From: the human T2T-CHM13v2.0 reference genome, Homo sapiens
Assembly (NCBI RefSeq): GCF_009914755.1
Contig: NC_060934.1
DNA: 64,000 nt
Strand: one strand, 5' to 3'
The notes below the pieces were generated by a model, which was not told the DNA's origin, did not search any database, and saw only the letters and a list, made by a program, of their open reading frames with translations. The translations under genes and the position numbers were made by a program. Below are positions 1 through 13,200 of the stretch, in pieces (positions within the stretch are counted from its first letter, which is position 1; the number at the start of each line of letters is the position of its first letter).

Positions 1-319
<319 letters not shown>

Positions 320-425
320 GGGTGAACTTGAAGGCAGGTCCTGTGTCCATCTTTTCAGATTCTGTATCCCAGCACTTAGGACATAGACAAACACGAAGAT
401 GACAATCAATATTTGCCAAAATGAA
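320..425 (+). mobile_element. L2 LINE 3'-end fragment (continues positions 1-19)
   Basis: Joining across the Alu gives ACTAAAGCGTGAACT..TTGAAGGCAGG...TGTATCCCAGCACTTAGGACATAG...CAATATTTG, which resembles the L2 3' terminus. Confidence 0.6.
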
Positions 426-865
426 AAAACAAAAGAAATATGTAACATCATGTAAAAGAAGATGGTTAGGTGGAGAAATTTCTTTACCATAGTCTTGCTT
501 GTGGATCCAGTAGTGACTTTTACATTTTATATCTAAATAGAAGCTGGAGGCTTTGTTGGGACTCATAGGCATAAAATATTATGTTATTTATTATAGAGTT
601 AAATGCTACAAAGACAAATCTAATTAATAGGCCTATTTTCCTTTTTAAATTCTACTCATAATTTCTTCATAGTTTTTATGATAAAAGGTTGGATTTTGAT
701 TAGAACTCCCATGCTTTTGTGTCAGAATTAAAACTGGTATTAGAATAAATAATTCAAAAGCTAGAGAAAGAGTACAATGAGAAGCCATGAGTTGCGTTTG
801 AATTATAATATTATGTCTTACAGATTTGGGGTATATGCTAAAGTTACCAAAGTTGTAGAAAATAA

Positions 866-1135
<270 letters not shown>

Positions 1136-1136
1136 C

Positions 1137-1176
1137 TATGAGTCACCACACCTGGTATGAGCCACTGTGCCTGGCC
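1137..1176 (-). mobile_element. Two tandem antisense Alu 5'-end stubs
   Basis: TATGAGTCACCACACCTGG and TATGAGCCACTGTGCCTGGCC are each the reverse complement of the Alu start (GGCCAGGCACAGTGGCTCA-like). Confidence 0.75.
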
Positions 1177-1279
1177 CACAATGACTTTTACACAAGTTGT
1201 TAAGTCATCTTACAGATTTTATAATTTGGGGGAAGAAAAGTTTTACTAAATGGTCTTTTAATGGAAACTCTACAAGAAC

Positions 1280-1368
1280 CAGAATCTTTGCTTTGTTCAC
1301 TTATGTATCTATTCCTAGGCCTAGAAAAATGTCTGACACATAGCGGCAATTATTCATTGAATAAATGG
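1280..1368 (+). mobile_element. L2 3'-end fragment
   Basis: TTTGTTCAC...CCTAGAAAAATGTCTGACACATAG...TTGAATAAATG matches the L2 3' end pattern. Confidence 0.65.
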
Positions 1369-1959
1369 ACCCAGCGATAGTACATTACCTATGCTATATG
1401 CATACATTAAAGATGTAGATTATCGACTTTCAAAAGATAATTAATGTAACTTCTTACTGCTTCTGAACATGTTTGTGAGTTATATTGCTGAGGGACCTTT
1501 ATCTTCTCATTCTTTCATCTTAACCCAGTGTTATAAAATTGAAATCACCAATATTATTCCATATCTAAAATTAATATCTACCTTGTAAAAAATATCACTC
1601 TGCTGCATTTGAGAATAGACTTTTTAGGTAATAATGATGCAATCCATAGGGTTTTTTGGGGGCACAGAGGTATTCATGCTAACAGAACATTTTATTTTCT
1701 ATTTTCCCAGAGCTGTAAAACATGAAATTAGGGTAGTATAAGGCATATTTTTACTCTTTTTATAATTTTTTCTAAAAAAAAATTAGTGTTTGTTCCCTAT
1801 ATAACTTTTAACTTTATAGGTAAATATTTGTCTCTTTCAGCTCCAGTTTTATGTGAAATAGAGTTTTCAGATTTATGTAGCATGGAAAGTTTTAATACGT
1901 CAGAGTTACTGATTTTTGCCTATCATTTTCTCAATTATTTCTTTTTTATCTTTAGTTGA

Positions 1960-2680
1960 TTTTTTTGTAGTGACACATCTTGTTTCTAGTCTCATTTCCT
2001 TTTGTTTATATTCTATGTATATTTCATTTTTGGTTACTATGAGAATTACATATAACATCCTAGAGTTATAACATTTTAATTTGAATTTATTTCAACTTAA
2101 GTTCAATCACATACCAAAATTCTACTGCTATATATATAGCTCTACTCTTTTTATGTTATTGATGTAACAAATTATATCTTTATTCATTGTATACCAGCTA
2201 ACAGATTTACAATTACATTTTATGCATTTGCCTTTTAAATTATGTAGAAAATAAAAAGCAGAGTTACAAACCAAAATTATAATAGGACTGTTTTTATATT
2301 TGTTTATGTATTTACCTTTACCAGAGAGCTTTGTATATTCATACAGCTTGCTTATTTATATAGTTATTGCCTAGAGTTCATTTATTTCAACCTGAAGGAC
2401 TTAACACTTCTTGAATGGCAAATTCAGGGATAAATGGATTTTTTTTCAGTTTTAAAAAAAAATCCAGAAATGTCTTAATTTCTTCCTCATTTTTGAAGGA
2501 TAAGTTTTCCAGCTATAGATTTCTCAATTGACAGGTTTCTTCATTATTTTAAATATATAATCCACTGCCTACTGGCCTTCAAGGTTTCTGCCGAGAAATC
2601 AGCTGCTAATGTTATCTGGATCCCTATCTGTGAGAGTTGCTCTTCTCTCTGAGTTTTCAACATTCTCCCATTATCTTTTT
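1960..2680 (-). mobile_element. Old L1 (L1M) fragment, antisense, ORF1-region-like
   Basis: T-rich, with CTCATTTTTGAAGGATAAGTTTTCCAGCTATAGATTTC and GTTTCTGCCGAGAAATCAGCTGCTAAT, typical of antisense old L1. Boundaries approximate. Confidence 0.65.
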
Positions 2681-2699
2681 TTTGTTTGTGTTTGAGACA

Positions 2700-2840
2700 A
2701 GTATTTGTACATATTCATGGGATACAGAGTGATATTTTGATACATGTATACAATGTCCAATGATCAAATAAGGATAATTAGCATATCCATCACCTCAAAT
2801 ATTTGTCATTTATTTGTATTGTGAACAGTCAACATTCTTC
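2700..2840 (-). mobile_element. L1MA-type 3'-terminal fragment
   Basis: GTACATATTCATGGGATACAGAGTGATATTTTGATACATGTATACAATG...ATATCCATCACCTCAAATATTT is the antisense L1MA 3' UTR end. Confidence 0.75.
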
Positions 2841-4047
2841 TAGTTTTTTAAATTTATAAACATTTAAATTTTATTACAGAAATTTAAATTTTTTGATTCT
2901 GAAAAAGTCATATATGTATGCAACATCTTTTTATCATTTATTTATATATTTATGCATCTTTCCTTTTAGTTTTGACAGAGATTTTCTATTTTATCATTAT
3001 TTCAAAAGAACTCTTACCTGTATTTATTTATCAATTATATTTCCCTTGTTTTTTCCTAGTATATTAATTTATTTACTTATCTTCTAAAAATCCTCCATAT
3101 AATCTGTTTATTTTGTTTCCTTTCTATAATTTCTTCAATGATTAGTTCTGTTCTATTTTCCATTAAAATATTTAAATCTTGTATGAATTTTTGTCAGATT
3201 AGAAATTTAGGGCATTTCTTAATTTCTCTATATTCTAGTTTTGACTTTTTTTTTTCTTACCTAGGAGGTATTTAGAGCACATTTTAGATTTTTTATTTTG
3301 ACTAATCATTTAAAATGTATACTAATCTTCAATTTAAATAAAAAACTGGCCTATAGTGACAAAAATTACAAATGAGCCTAACAAATTATCAGCTGTGTTT
3401 ATATGTATAGGCATGCACAGATTTTAGTAAATATGTACATAGTATATTGGTGAGCTTATTTTTATCATTCTTAACTCATTGTGTAGTCTAAACATTGGGG
3501 AAAAAATAAAATACAATAATCAGATGGTGTGAATAAGAAAATTGTTCTACTGTTTGTAAACCAAGCAACTGTTTTAACTACTCCCCTCTTCCTGATTGAC
3601 TTCTAAAAGGGATTAATCCATATTGGGTCCTATCATATATGTCACGGTATAACATCTCCAGCTATAAAATGGAAATTTGAGAATAACTTTGCTGCTACTC
3701 AGATACATTTTATTTCAGAAACATACACTAAGGTGTTGCTGTTGGATCTTTCCAAAAACATATTCACACAGAACTTTCAATCACACTGAGCCATATTTGA
3801 ACAATCTTTCAAGGTCAGCTCTGGCATAAGCTAACATTATACCATTTAACTCAGAAATTTCTTTAGTGTTTGATTAATGGGTTTATGTTTGATATGTAAT
3901 GTAATTTTCTAATGCTAAATCAAGTGGTAATTTTGTTAGTCAAGTTGATTTAGTGGCTTGGGAAGAAAGCTTTTAATGTTCCCCTAATTTTTCTTACCTT
4001 TGACATGATCCTTCACATGTCTTATTTTGCTTAGTGAGTTTTCTTTC

Positions 4048-4341
4048 TTTTTTTTTTTTTTTTGAGACAGGGTCTTACTCTACCACCCAGGCATGAGTGC
4101 AGTGGTGCGATCACAGCTCATTGCAGCCTTGACCTCCCAGACTCAAGCTATTCTTCCACCTCAGCCTCCCAAGTAGCTGGTACTACAGGCACATGCCACC
4201 AAACTTGGCTAATTTTTGTATTTTTTATAGAGACAGAGTTTTGCCAAATTCTCAGGCTGGTCTGGAATTTCTGGGCTCAAGTAATCCTGCCTTGGCCTCC
4301 CAACATGCTGATATTACAGACATAAGCCACAGTACCTGGCC
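4048..4341 (-). mobile_element. Alu SINE (AluJ-like)
   Basis: Poly(T) then GAGACAGGGTCTTACTC...CAGCCTTGACCTCCC...AGCCACAGTACCTGGCC. TSD AGTTTTCTTT on both sides. Confidence 0.93.
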
Positions 4342-4509
4342 AGTTTTCTTTTTTAAAAAATCTATTGGTTATTAATTTGAAGCCTTCCTTTTCATAGCTG
4401 TGCTCCTTAATTGGGAGCAAACATGAATGGACCACAACTGAGCCAATTTTCTATATACGATCTTTGCCATCCTAATTTAAAGGAATATTAATTCTTTCTT
4501 TTCCTCTTT

Positions 4510-5250
4510 CATTCCACAAACCTGTATTGACTACATCTAAGTTCTAAATGGTGCACTGGATGTTGAAAAAATTGATGATGAGCAAGAACAAAATTCCTCC
4601 TTTCAAGAGACTTACAGTTCAATATGGGAAATATAATTTTTTAAAATATAAAAGTGCAATTGTGTTACATGCTGTACGAAGTACATGTTGACATGTGAGC
4701 ATATAATAAATGGGCTAGAGGCCAGAGGATTGCCAAAGAGAATGGGCCTCCTGCTGAGATGAAAAGTTGAGGAGGGATTAGTTGGTGAAAGTGGAGGGAC
4801 GATCCTTTCTAGGCAGGAGGAAGAACATGCACAGAATCTCTGAGGTGTGATGCAACAAAGTCTATATAAAAAACTGAAGAAAGGTCTAATGTGGCTTAAA
4901 TACAGAAGCTAGTAGGAGAGGAGTTGAAAAGAGACTGGAGAAGTAGAAAGTGTCTGCATTCTGCAGGAACTTATATTGTATAAAAAGAATTTCTCTTTTT
5001 TCTAAGTGCAATGTGAAGCCAATGAAGTGCTTTAAACGGGTGATGTGATTTGATTGAATTTATTACTTCACTTAACAAATATTCATTACATGCCCACTGT
5101 TTGTCAGATATTGCTGTAGCCCCTGGTGATACAGTAGGGAATAAAACAGGCAAAAATCCCTGTCCTCTTGCAGCTTATAATGGACTGCAATGTTTAATAT
5201 GTCAGAGGAGGTCCACGGAGGAGTGACTTCTAAGCAAGAATCTGAAAAAA
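4510..5250 (-). mobile_element. L2 fragments (degenerate)
   Basis: AACAAATATTCATTACATGCCCACTG...GGTGATACAGTAGGGAATAAAACAGGCAAAAATCCCTGTCCTC and similar antisense L2 motifs. Boundaries approximate. Confidence 0.6.
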
Positions 5251-5416
5251 ATGAGGATATCTAAGGAGGGAACAAATGGTTCAAAAGCCCTATAATTGCA
5301 AGCAGGCATGATGAAGCAATTGTAGTTGTCGTGACTCTCAACACCGTGGAACTCAAAGGAGATGGAAAGATTCTTTCTCTCTATCCTATATTTTCTCTCT
5401 TTCTGTCTATATATAT

Positions 5417-5542
5417 AGAATATGAGACATTTCCCTAATCATTTATGTGTAATTACAATTACATATATATATGTATGTAATATATAAACATATATATGTA
5501 ATTGTAATTACACATAATGATTAGGGAAATGTCTCATATTCT
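5417..5542. repeat. Near-perfect inverted repeat (palindrome) with ~53-bp arms
   Basis: AGAATATGAGACATTTCCCTAATCATTTATGTGTAATTACAATTACATATATAT is followed by ATATATATGTAATTGTAATTACACATAATGATTAGGGAAATGTCTCATATTCT. The arms are reverse complements apart from one extra T. Confidence 0.95.
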
Positions 5543-5654
5543 TCTACTCAGAAATAAGCAATATAGCAATTACTGTTTTTTACATTTTACAGTTACAGTT
5601 TCAGAGAAAGTTTGATATTTATCAAAAATTTTTCAATGTATGAACTTTTTCATT

Positions 5655-5745
5655 TGACAAACCATAATTGTACATATTCTTGGGATACAGAGTGATATTT
5701 CTTTACATGTATAGAATGTGTAATGATCAAATCAGGGTAATTTCC
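5655..5745 (-). mobile_element. L1MA-type 3'-terminal fragment
   Basis: ATAATTGTACATATTCTTGGGATACAGAGTGATATTT...GTAATGATCAAATCAGGGTAATT. Confidence 0.7.
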
Positions 5746-5781
5746 ACTAATTTAAAATGCCACCTTTATGTTATTGTAATT

Positions 5782-5878
5782 TATATATATTCTATATATA
5801 TATACACACACACATATATATACATGTCCACATACAGTGTGTGTGTGCACATGTACACACATGCATATGTGTATATAA
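5782..5878. repeat. (TA)n/(CA)n/(TG)n compound simple repeat
   Basis: Alternating purine-pyrimidine runs visible directly. Confidence 0.8.
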
Positions 5879-7173
5879 TGCCCAGTATAAGCAATGTGCA
5901 CAAATAAAATTAGCTAACAGAGATAGTATAGAGTGAGAGGAGAGGGAGATTAATCTTCGAGGAAAAGCACAATTTTATGGCTGAATGGAGAAAGCTGAGG
6001 TGGTTTCTAAGATGGAGAATAAGACGAAAAATGTAAGTACATTGTTTGACTGAATTCAAGAAAGAAGGGTAAAAGAGAAGTAAGTAGTGGTCTTATCATT
6101 AAATGCCACAGAGAGGTAAAGATAAAAACAACATATTGTTTTGGGTTTAGTAATTTAAGGGTTACCAAATTCCGTTTTGGAGGAGGAACAGATTCCATGT
6201 CCACTAGAATGGAATGAACAAGAAATGGAGGAGGAAAATAGGTAGTTTTTCAAAAGTTTTCAAAAATATGAAAAGAAGAAATGAAATGGTACTTGGAAGA
6301 GATTGTTGAAATGGGAGAGACTATGGTGGCTTGTTTAGAAGCAGTTGAGATAGATCCAATTGAGATAGAGATATTGAGTATATAAACAAAAGAATGACAA
6401 ATTAATAGTGTAATGGATAACTTGACTTTGGCAAATATTGTGAATTTTTGTGAAAGTACAACTAAAAGGCAATGTCACTCCAATAATCACCAGAGTAATC
6501 AATTTGCTTATTGCTGTCCCTTTAAATATAGTTCTCTGGTATCAACTAACATGTTTTTAACTAATGATGCTTCTTAAAGAAAAGGGAAAAGACCTTTTTC
6601 TTTCTTTCAGTCTTCAATGATTCACTGCTTCATCTCGCTCCACCAAAGATAAATGAAATCTACATCTCTTATACATTAACAATGCATGACAATTTATAAA
6701 TAGCTAAATTTTTGGAGCTAACTTTAAGTACCTGAATGGAATTTAATCAACCCACTAATCTCCTTCTCACTTCTCAGTTATTTATCAAGTTTATGTCAAG
6801 GGACAAGGAAAAATTATCCAAACATTGTTTAAAACAATCATCATTAATTAGTAACACTTATCCAGGGGGGTTTTTAACCTTTCCCCCACTCAAGGATTAT
6901 TCTAATGTCAGAGTAGAATAAAAAATAAGTGCAGCGATGCTGACTCTTCCAAGCTTAACATTTCTCACAAGTCAATTAGCTTTGTACTGGGAGGAGGGCG
7001 TGAAGGGCTGCTTGCGGTAGTTGTGTAGCAGCAGCACAATGGCCGCAGACAAGGAAAACAGTTTCTAGGAATTCCTCGTATATAATTTTATATTTTTGAC
7101 AAGATTAATGACCCATGCTCCCTTCCTCTCCATTTCTTTTTTTGGAATTCTGTTGGTATGTAGTTACTATGTT

Positions 7174-7309
7174 TTATTAAAGGAAATTAGCCTTATCTCT
7201 TATTATATTTTATTAAAGAAAATTATTATATTATTCCTTTATATTTTTATTAAAGGAATTTATTATTATTATTATTAAAGGAAATTAGCCTTATCTCTTA
7301 TTATATTTT
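7174..7309. repeat. Local 38-bp direct duplication with partial intervening copies
   Basis: TTATTAAAGGAAATTAGCCTTATCTCTTATTATATTTT occurs at 7174-7211 and 7272-7309. Confidence 0.9.
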
Positions 7310-7351
7310 TTATGACCTTCAAAGTAGTGTCTCTGCTTAAAAGTGTACCTT

Positions 7352-7715
<364 letters not shown>

Positions 7716-7783
7716 TCAAACCTAATCAGCACTAAGGCTCTTTACTTGCACTGACAAATATGAATGCTGGGGAATTTGGAAAT

Positions 7784-7942
7784 GATATATAATATATAAT
7801 ATTATATATATAATAGATATATAATATATAATATTATATATATAATAGATATATAATATATAATATATATAAAATAGATATATAATATTATATATATAAT
7901 AGATATATAATATATATATAATAGATATATTATATATAATAA
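7784..7942. repeat. AT-rich minisatellite (~20-32 bp GATATATAATATATAATATTATATATATAATA units)
   Basis: About six units, each starting GATATAT and progressively shorter. Confidence 0.85.
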
Positions 7943-8962
7943 CTTTCCATGTGATTTTCCTCTTAATTTTTTTTCTAGCTGATCCATATGAATTCCTCTT
8001 ATTAAGAAAAATAAAGCATCCAGGATTCAATGAAGAACTGACTATCACCTTGTTAATCATTCAGAAACATGTTGCAGACTTAAGCCATTTTTGATATACA
8101 TACTGAAACAATTACTTGCTAAGAGCAAACTTGAAGGTATGGATAAGGCCCTGAGTCATCTTCCTGAGCTGAATGATAGTTAAGCTGAATGTACGTATAA
8201 AATATGATTTTCTAACCACTTGCTCGCCAACAAGGAAAACTTTTAAGTAGAGCAGAACCTGAATAGACAATATATTTCTTTCTTTTGGTAGAAAATGATT
8301 TACCATCACTGTCTAGTTAATTGTAGACTAGGTAATTTTAAATTTGTGATTTATTGCTGGAGACATTTTCTTCGGTACTGTAAAGTGTGTGTCAAAAAAA
8401 TAGCGATTTTGGAGGATTAGGGGACTTTGATAAATTGCCTGCAATTCTGGCAGTATGAACTGCATATTAATTTTCTCTTTCAAGAACATTTTTATTTATT
8501 AATTCCTTACAAAAACTACCTAAACTTTGGAACAGCTCTCAATTGCCTGTATTCTTTTTTTTCTTATTATGGTACTCTTCTAGAGATTTGGCTTGCATCT
8601 ATGAATAAGCCAGGACATCTTCAGAAATTGTCTGATTAAAAACACCACCAATGGAGTTTCATTAAATTTGTATTGCTCTGACTAGTGAAACACACACATC
8701 TATGTTGCTTAGGATATTTTACTGCAGTTTGAGTTGTAATAATAGCTCTGTTTATGATCCGTCAGTCACTTGAATCTTCTCTAAGGCTTTGTATGTTAGA
8801 AGTTAATTTGCTTTCTTACAAGGCCACATTCTATCTTGTAACTAAACAACTGAATTTTATGTCTTAGCGTAGATGGTTTATTACTTTCTGGTTTTTCTTT
8901 AGTAAGAATCCTATAAAAACACTAGTATTTTTCTCTGAGTTTAAAATTCAACATATGCCTAC

Positions 8963-9324
8963 TGATATGGTTAGGCTTTGTATCCCCACCTGAATCTCAT
9001 CTTGAATTGTAATCCCCATAGCCCCCATAATCCCCACATGTCAAGGGAGAGACCAGGTGGAGGTAATCCCCTTTGCTGTTCTTGTGATAGTGAGTTCTCA
9101 CGAGATTTGATGGTTTTATAAGGGATTCTTTCCCCTTTGCTCGGCACTTCTTCATGCTTCCTTGCGAAGAAGCTGCCTTGCTTCCCCTTTGTCTTCCGCC
9201 ATGATTGTAGATTTCCTGAGGCCTCCCAAGCTGTACTGAACTGTGAGCCAATTAAACTTCTTTCCTTTATAAATTACCCAGTCTTGGGCAGTTCTTTATA
9301 GCAGTATGAAAACAGACAAATACA
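8963..9324 (+). mobile_element. THE1-family (ERVL-MaLR) solo LTR, THE1D-like
   Basis: Runs TGATATGGTTAGGCTTTG...AATTAAACTTCTTTCCTTTATAAATTACCCAGTC...AAATACA, with TG..CA ends. Perfect 5-bp TSD CCTAC at 8958-8962 and 9325-9329. Confidence 0.93.
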
Positions 9325-9639
9325 CCTACTATGTAAAACTTAAAATACAAAAAAACAAAACATTATCTCACTAATATAGGAGCTAATATTTTGGTGTACT
9401 TTGTTTAGTGTTTTATATTAAAAATATGTACATATATATTTATATATAATTAAGAACATTTATGTACAATCGTGCATACATCATGTACATACATCTACTT
9501 AGGAAAATAGCTATGTAATATACCATTACTCAACTAGATTATAATTTTTTCTCCATTTCTTTATTGTAAGTTATTTATCATTTTCTACTTTTTTGTTTTC
9601 TCATTTTTATTGCATAATATTTAATTATGCAAAAAATAC

Positions 9640-10794
9640 ATTAAATACATAGAAAATATATAATGTAGCTATAAGAATAAAGAACGATGGTAAAACAAAT
9701 GCTAATACCCACTACCTGACTTAAAGAATATGATACTATTTTTTTCCAATTGAAATCCCCTCAACTACTCAGAATTACTGCTATCCCTTTTATCCTTTCA
9801 TTAATTTTCTTCTAGTTTTCTCACATGTGAATCTATTTCTAAATACATTTCTTTATTTTGCAAGCTTTTGGACTTCATATAAGTGTAACCATATTGTATA
9901 TATTCTTCTTCAGCTTCTTACTTTTTCACTAAACAATATGTTTTGCTGATACTTACATTCATATGTACAGTAATAGTTGATTTATTTTAATGGCTATATA
10001 TTATTCCATTGTTAGAATACACCAGGATTTATTTTTACTTATTTTTTTTTGCTGGAAAATTGGGTGTCTTTTTTATTTTTTGATATAACAAACAATGTTG
10101 TAATCATTTTGTATTTACTTCCTAGTCCACTCCTGTAAGTTTCTCTTGAGTACATACTAGCAATGAAGATGCTGAGTCACTGCATATACATACTCACAAC
10201 TTTATTCTATAATGTAATATTCTATAAAGTAGCTGTATCAGTTTATACTTTAACCAGTAATGGACAAGATTTTCTGTTACTTCCCATCTTTGTTAATTAT
10301 TACTTTTAGACTCTAACTTTTATCAGGCTCATGGATGTAAAAAGCATCTCAGGGTGGTTTTAATTTGCATTTATCTGCTCATCTATGAAGATGAGCTTCT
10401 TTTCATATAATTATGAGTCATTATTTTTGTTTTGCCTTCTTTTGTTTATGCATTTTGCTTGTTCTATGTCTTATTTTTCCTGTTGATTTTTGGGAGTTCA
10501 TATATATTCTAAATGTATATTTATTCACTCATATATATGTTGCAAGTATTACAGTTTATGATTTGTCACCTTATGATATCATCCAAATAGAGAAGCTTTA
10601 TATTTTGATGTAGTCATATGTTCATTTTTCCTCCTTAATGTTTGTTTTTCTTGGTTCTATGACCTACCAAAAGTAACAAAAATTCTCATTTATTTTTAAT
10701 CTAAATGTTTTAAGTATTTTCCTGGAATTCACCTTGAATTGATTTCTATTGGAGATAGGTATCCAATCTAATTTGCCTCATATGGATAACCACT
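9640..10794 (-). mobile_element. Old L1 (L1ME/L1M-like) 3' region, antisense
   Basis: ATATTATTCCATTG..., TTTCTCTTGAGTACATACTAG, CATCTCAGGGTGGTTTTAATTTGCATTT and ATATATTCTAAATG motifs. Boundaries approximate. Confidence 0.7.
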
Positions 10795-11286
10795 TGTTCT
10801 ATTACTGCTGTAACAAATTTCTACAAACTAAGTGACCTAAAATAACACAAACTTATCATCTTACAGTGTACACAAGTCAGAAAGCAGGCATGAATTTTAG
10901 TGAACTAAAATCAAGTTGTCGACAGGCATGTTTCTTTATGGCGGCTAGGGTAGAATCCATACCCTGGCCTTTTCTATCTTCTAGAGAACATCAGCATTCC
11001 TTTTCTCGTTGCCTCTCCTCTCTCTTTTTAAAGCTGGGAATGTCACATTTCTCTGACCATTCTTTCATTGTCACATCTCTCTCTGGACTCAGCTAAGAAA
11101 GGTTCTCCATTTTTAAGAACTCATGTGATTAGACTGGGCCCATCTGGATAACCCAGGAAGATCTCTCCATCTTGGTTTGCATTCTTAATCACATCTGATA
11201 AGCCTTTATTGCATTCAGTGTAACATATTCACAGGTTCCAGGGTTAGGCATGGGGATCTTTGAGGGCCATTATACTCCCTACCACA
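10795..11286 (-). mobile_element. MLT1 (ERVL-MaLR) LTR nested in the old L1
   Basis: CTGCTGTAACAAAT...AAAATAACACAAACTTATCATCTTACAGT...GTAACATATTCACAGGTTCCAGGGTTAGG...GGCCATTATACTCCCTACCACA. Confidence 0.85.
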
Positions 11287-11289
11287 TTA

Positions 11290-11865
11290 TTTGCCTAGCA
11301 TCTTTCATTACATTGTCCATCTCTTTACTTACTGATTTCTAATGACATCCAAATCAGTTACAACATTTTATGTAAGCATTGTTTTTATTTTTATGTTATT
11401 CCACTAGTCTATTTTTCTACTCATGAATTATGGTACATGAGTTTATTTTTGCAACTTTAAGCTCAATAACATGTTTTAAGATTTCCTCAACTTTCTTTTT
11501 CCACTTCTTCAGAAGTTGACTCTTTTGGCCCTTTGGTCTTCTATACACATTTTAGAAATGCTTTGTTGAGGACTAAGAGGAGTGCTAAGATTTTGATAGG
11601 AATTTCATTGAATTTTGAGTATATTGCCATGCTACAATGGTTAGTGTTTTATACATGAAAATAATATATCCCTTCCTTTTTTCCTAGTATCATGAGATGT
11701 TTGTTAGGCATGCATGAATATTGAGTTGTATCAAATGTGTTTTTCTGCATTATTGTGGTGGTGATGTGATTTAGCTCCTTTAATTAGTTAATGTAATGAA
11801 TTACATTTGTAGATTGCTCTAACTATTGAAACAAGCTTGAATTTCTGGAATAAGCCCAATGTGAT
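11290..11865 (-). mobile_element. Old L1 continuation (antisense ORF2-derived)
   Basis: ATTTTGATAGGAATTTCATTGAAT, TCAAATGTGTTTTTCTGCAT and TTCTGGAATAAGCCCAAT motifs. Confidence 0.65.
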
Positions 11866-12530
11866 ATTTATTCAACAAATATTCATTGAGTATACCTAGT
11901 ATGTAACATGCCTTAAGAATACACCAGTGAACCAAACAGAAATATCTGACATTACAGAACTTAACATTCCAGTATTTGGAGACAGACGATAAAAAAGTGA
12001 ACATGTATATTTACAGTTTGTCAAGGAATGATAAATGAAGACTCTTAAAGTAGATGGGGAATTGGGAGTGAAGTCTGTAATTTAAATAGGGCGGGCAGGA
12101 AAGCTTCACAGAGAATGGGACATTTAAGAATAGACTTGAAGGACAGGCAAGAGCAATCTCTATGTTTATATGGGAGAAAAGGTTCCAGGCAGATGCAGTA
12201 ACAATGGCAAATATCCTGAAGTAGGATCATGCTGGAGTTTTTGTGGAGCAGCAAGGAGGCTAGTGTGACTGCCACAGAATCACCCAAGGGAAGATGAGAA
12301 GATCAGACCAGACCAGCATTTGGGCATCTAATGGGAAAAGTTTCTCAAGCCATCATAAAGATTTCACTTTTACTATAAATACTATGAGAAACCATGGGAT
12401 GTTTTACAGTAAGAAAGGTGGCATAATATGTTACATGTTTTAAACAAACTCTATAGCTTCTGAGTTGAAATAGATTGTAGGGGCTCATGGCAGAAGCAGA
12501 GGGAACATTTAGGAGGCTACTGTAAAGAAT
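11866..12530 (-). mobile_element. L2 fragment
   Basis: TTTATTCAACAAATATTCATTGAGTATACCTAG...GGTTCCAGGCAGATG...CAGCAAGGAGGCTAGTGTGACTG...TTAGGAGGCTACTG. Confidence 0.8.
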
Positions 12531-12659
12531 ATCATGAAAAGAACAAACAACGCTATGTAACATGCTTAAATGGACTGAAGAAGATGTATAAAATCAAAAT
12601 GATGTTACCTTCACACCTTGAATCAGTACAATAACCCCCCCTCCCCAATCACAAAAGAA

Positions 12660-12790
12660 AAACTAAACACAAAAACCAGGCTTTGGTTGCTCAGACAATT
12701 TTACAGGTGAGTTCTAGCAAACATGCAAAGAACGTTTAATTGCACTGTTACAGAAATTCTTCTGGAGAAAAGAAAATAAGACACATCACC
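12660..12790 (+). mobile_element. L1 ORF2-derived fragment
   Basis: CTCAGACAATTTTACAGGTGAGTTCTAGCAAACATGCAAAGAA resembles the L1 ORF2 segment encoding PDGFTGEFYQTFKEE. Confidence 0.5.
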
Positions 12791-12819
12791 CAACTAATTT
12801 CATGATAACAATGTCAATG

Positions 12820-13200
12820 TATAATAACAGAAAAAGAGGATCTCCAAAGAAATACATTTATTTGGAAATAAACAAGGATTATAATCTGAGATATTTGTGC
12901 TATGATCAATCATAGGTGCATCCCAAGAGGTTGAGGTAAGGAAAATATTTAAAGACAAAAAGAAGTCTATGCAAGCTGTTTTGAAACAAACATCATTGGT
13001 CACAGGGCCTGATGCAGGAGCTGGTGTTAACTTACTGGCAGAAACAGCCATTGCTAGGCAAGTGTTCTTGTGAGGGTGGCTTATCTGAAATGCTGCAGTC
13101 TTGAGGAATTTTTTATGATAGGTCCTATTATAAAGACACCTACAGGATGAGCTGGACAAACAGAATGTGAGTTTATAGAAAGTCCTTGTGATAGTGCTTA
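12820..13200 (-). mobile_element. Probable old ERV LTR fragment, family uncertain
   Basis: Antisense poly(A) signal context (CATTTATTTGG) and CATTGGTCACAG, which look LTR-like. Not firmly recognised. Confidence 0.35.

Noticed and set aside
2707-5742. Two similar ~70-bp segments (2707-2779 and 5670-5742) suggesting a local duplication
   Set aside because: Both match the L1MA 3' terminus, differ at many positions and have unrelated flanks, so independent truncated L1 insertions explain them.
7722-8060. Ile/Tyr-rich 112-aa ORF
   Set aside because: Translation of the AT-rich minisatellite.
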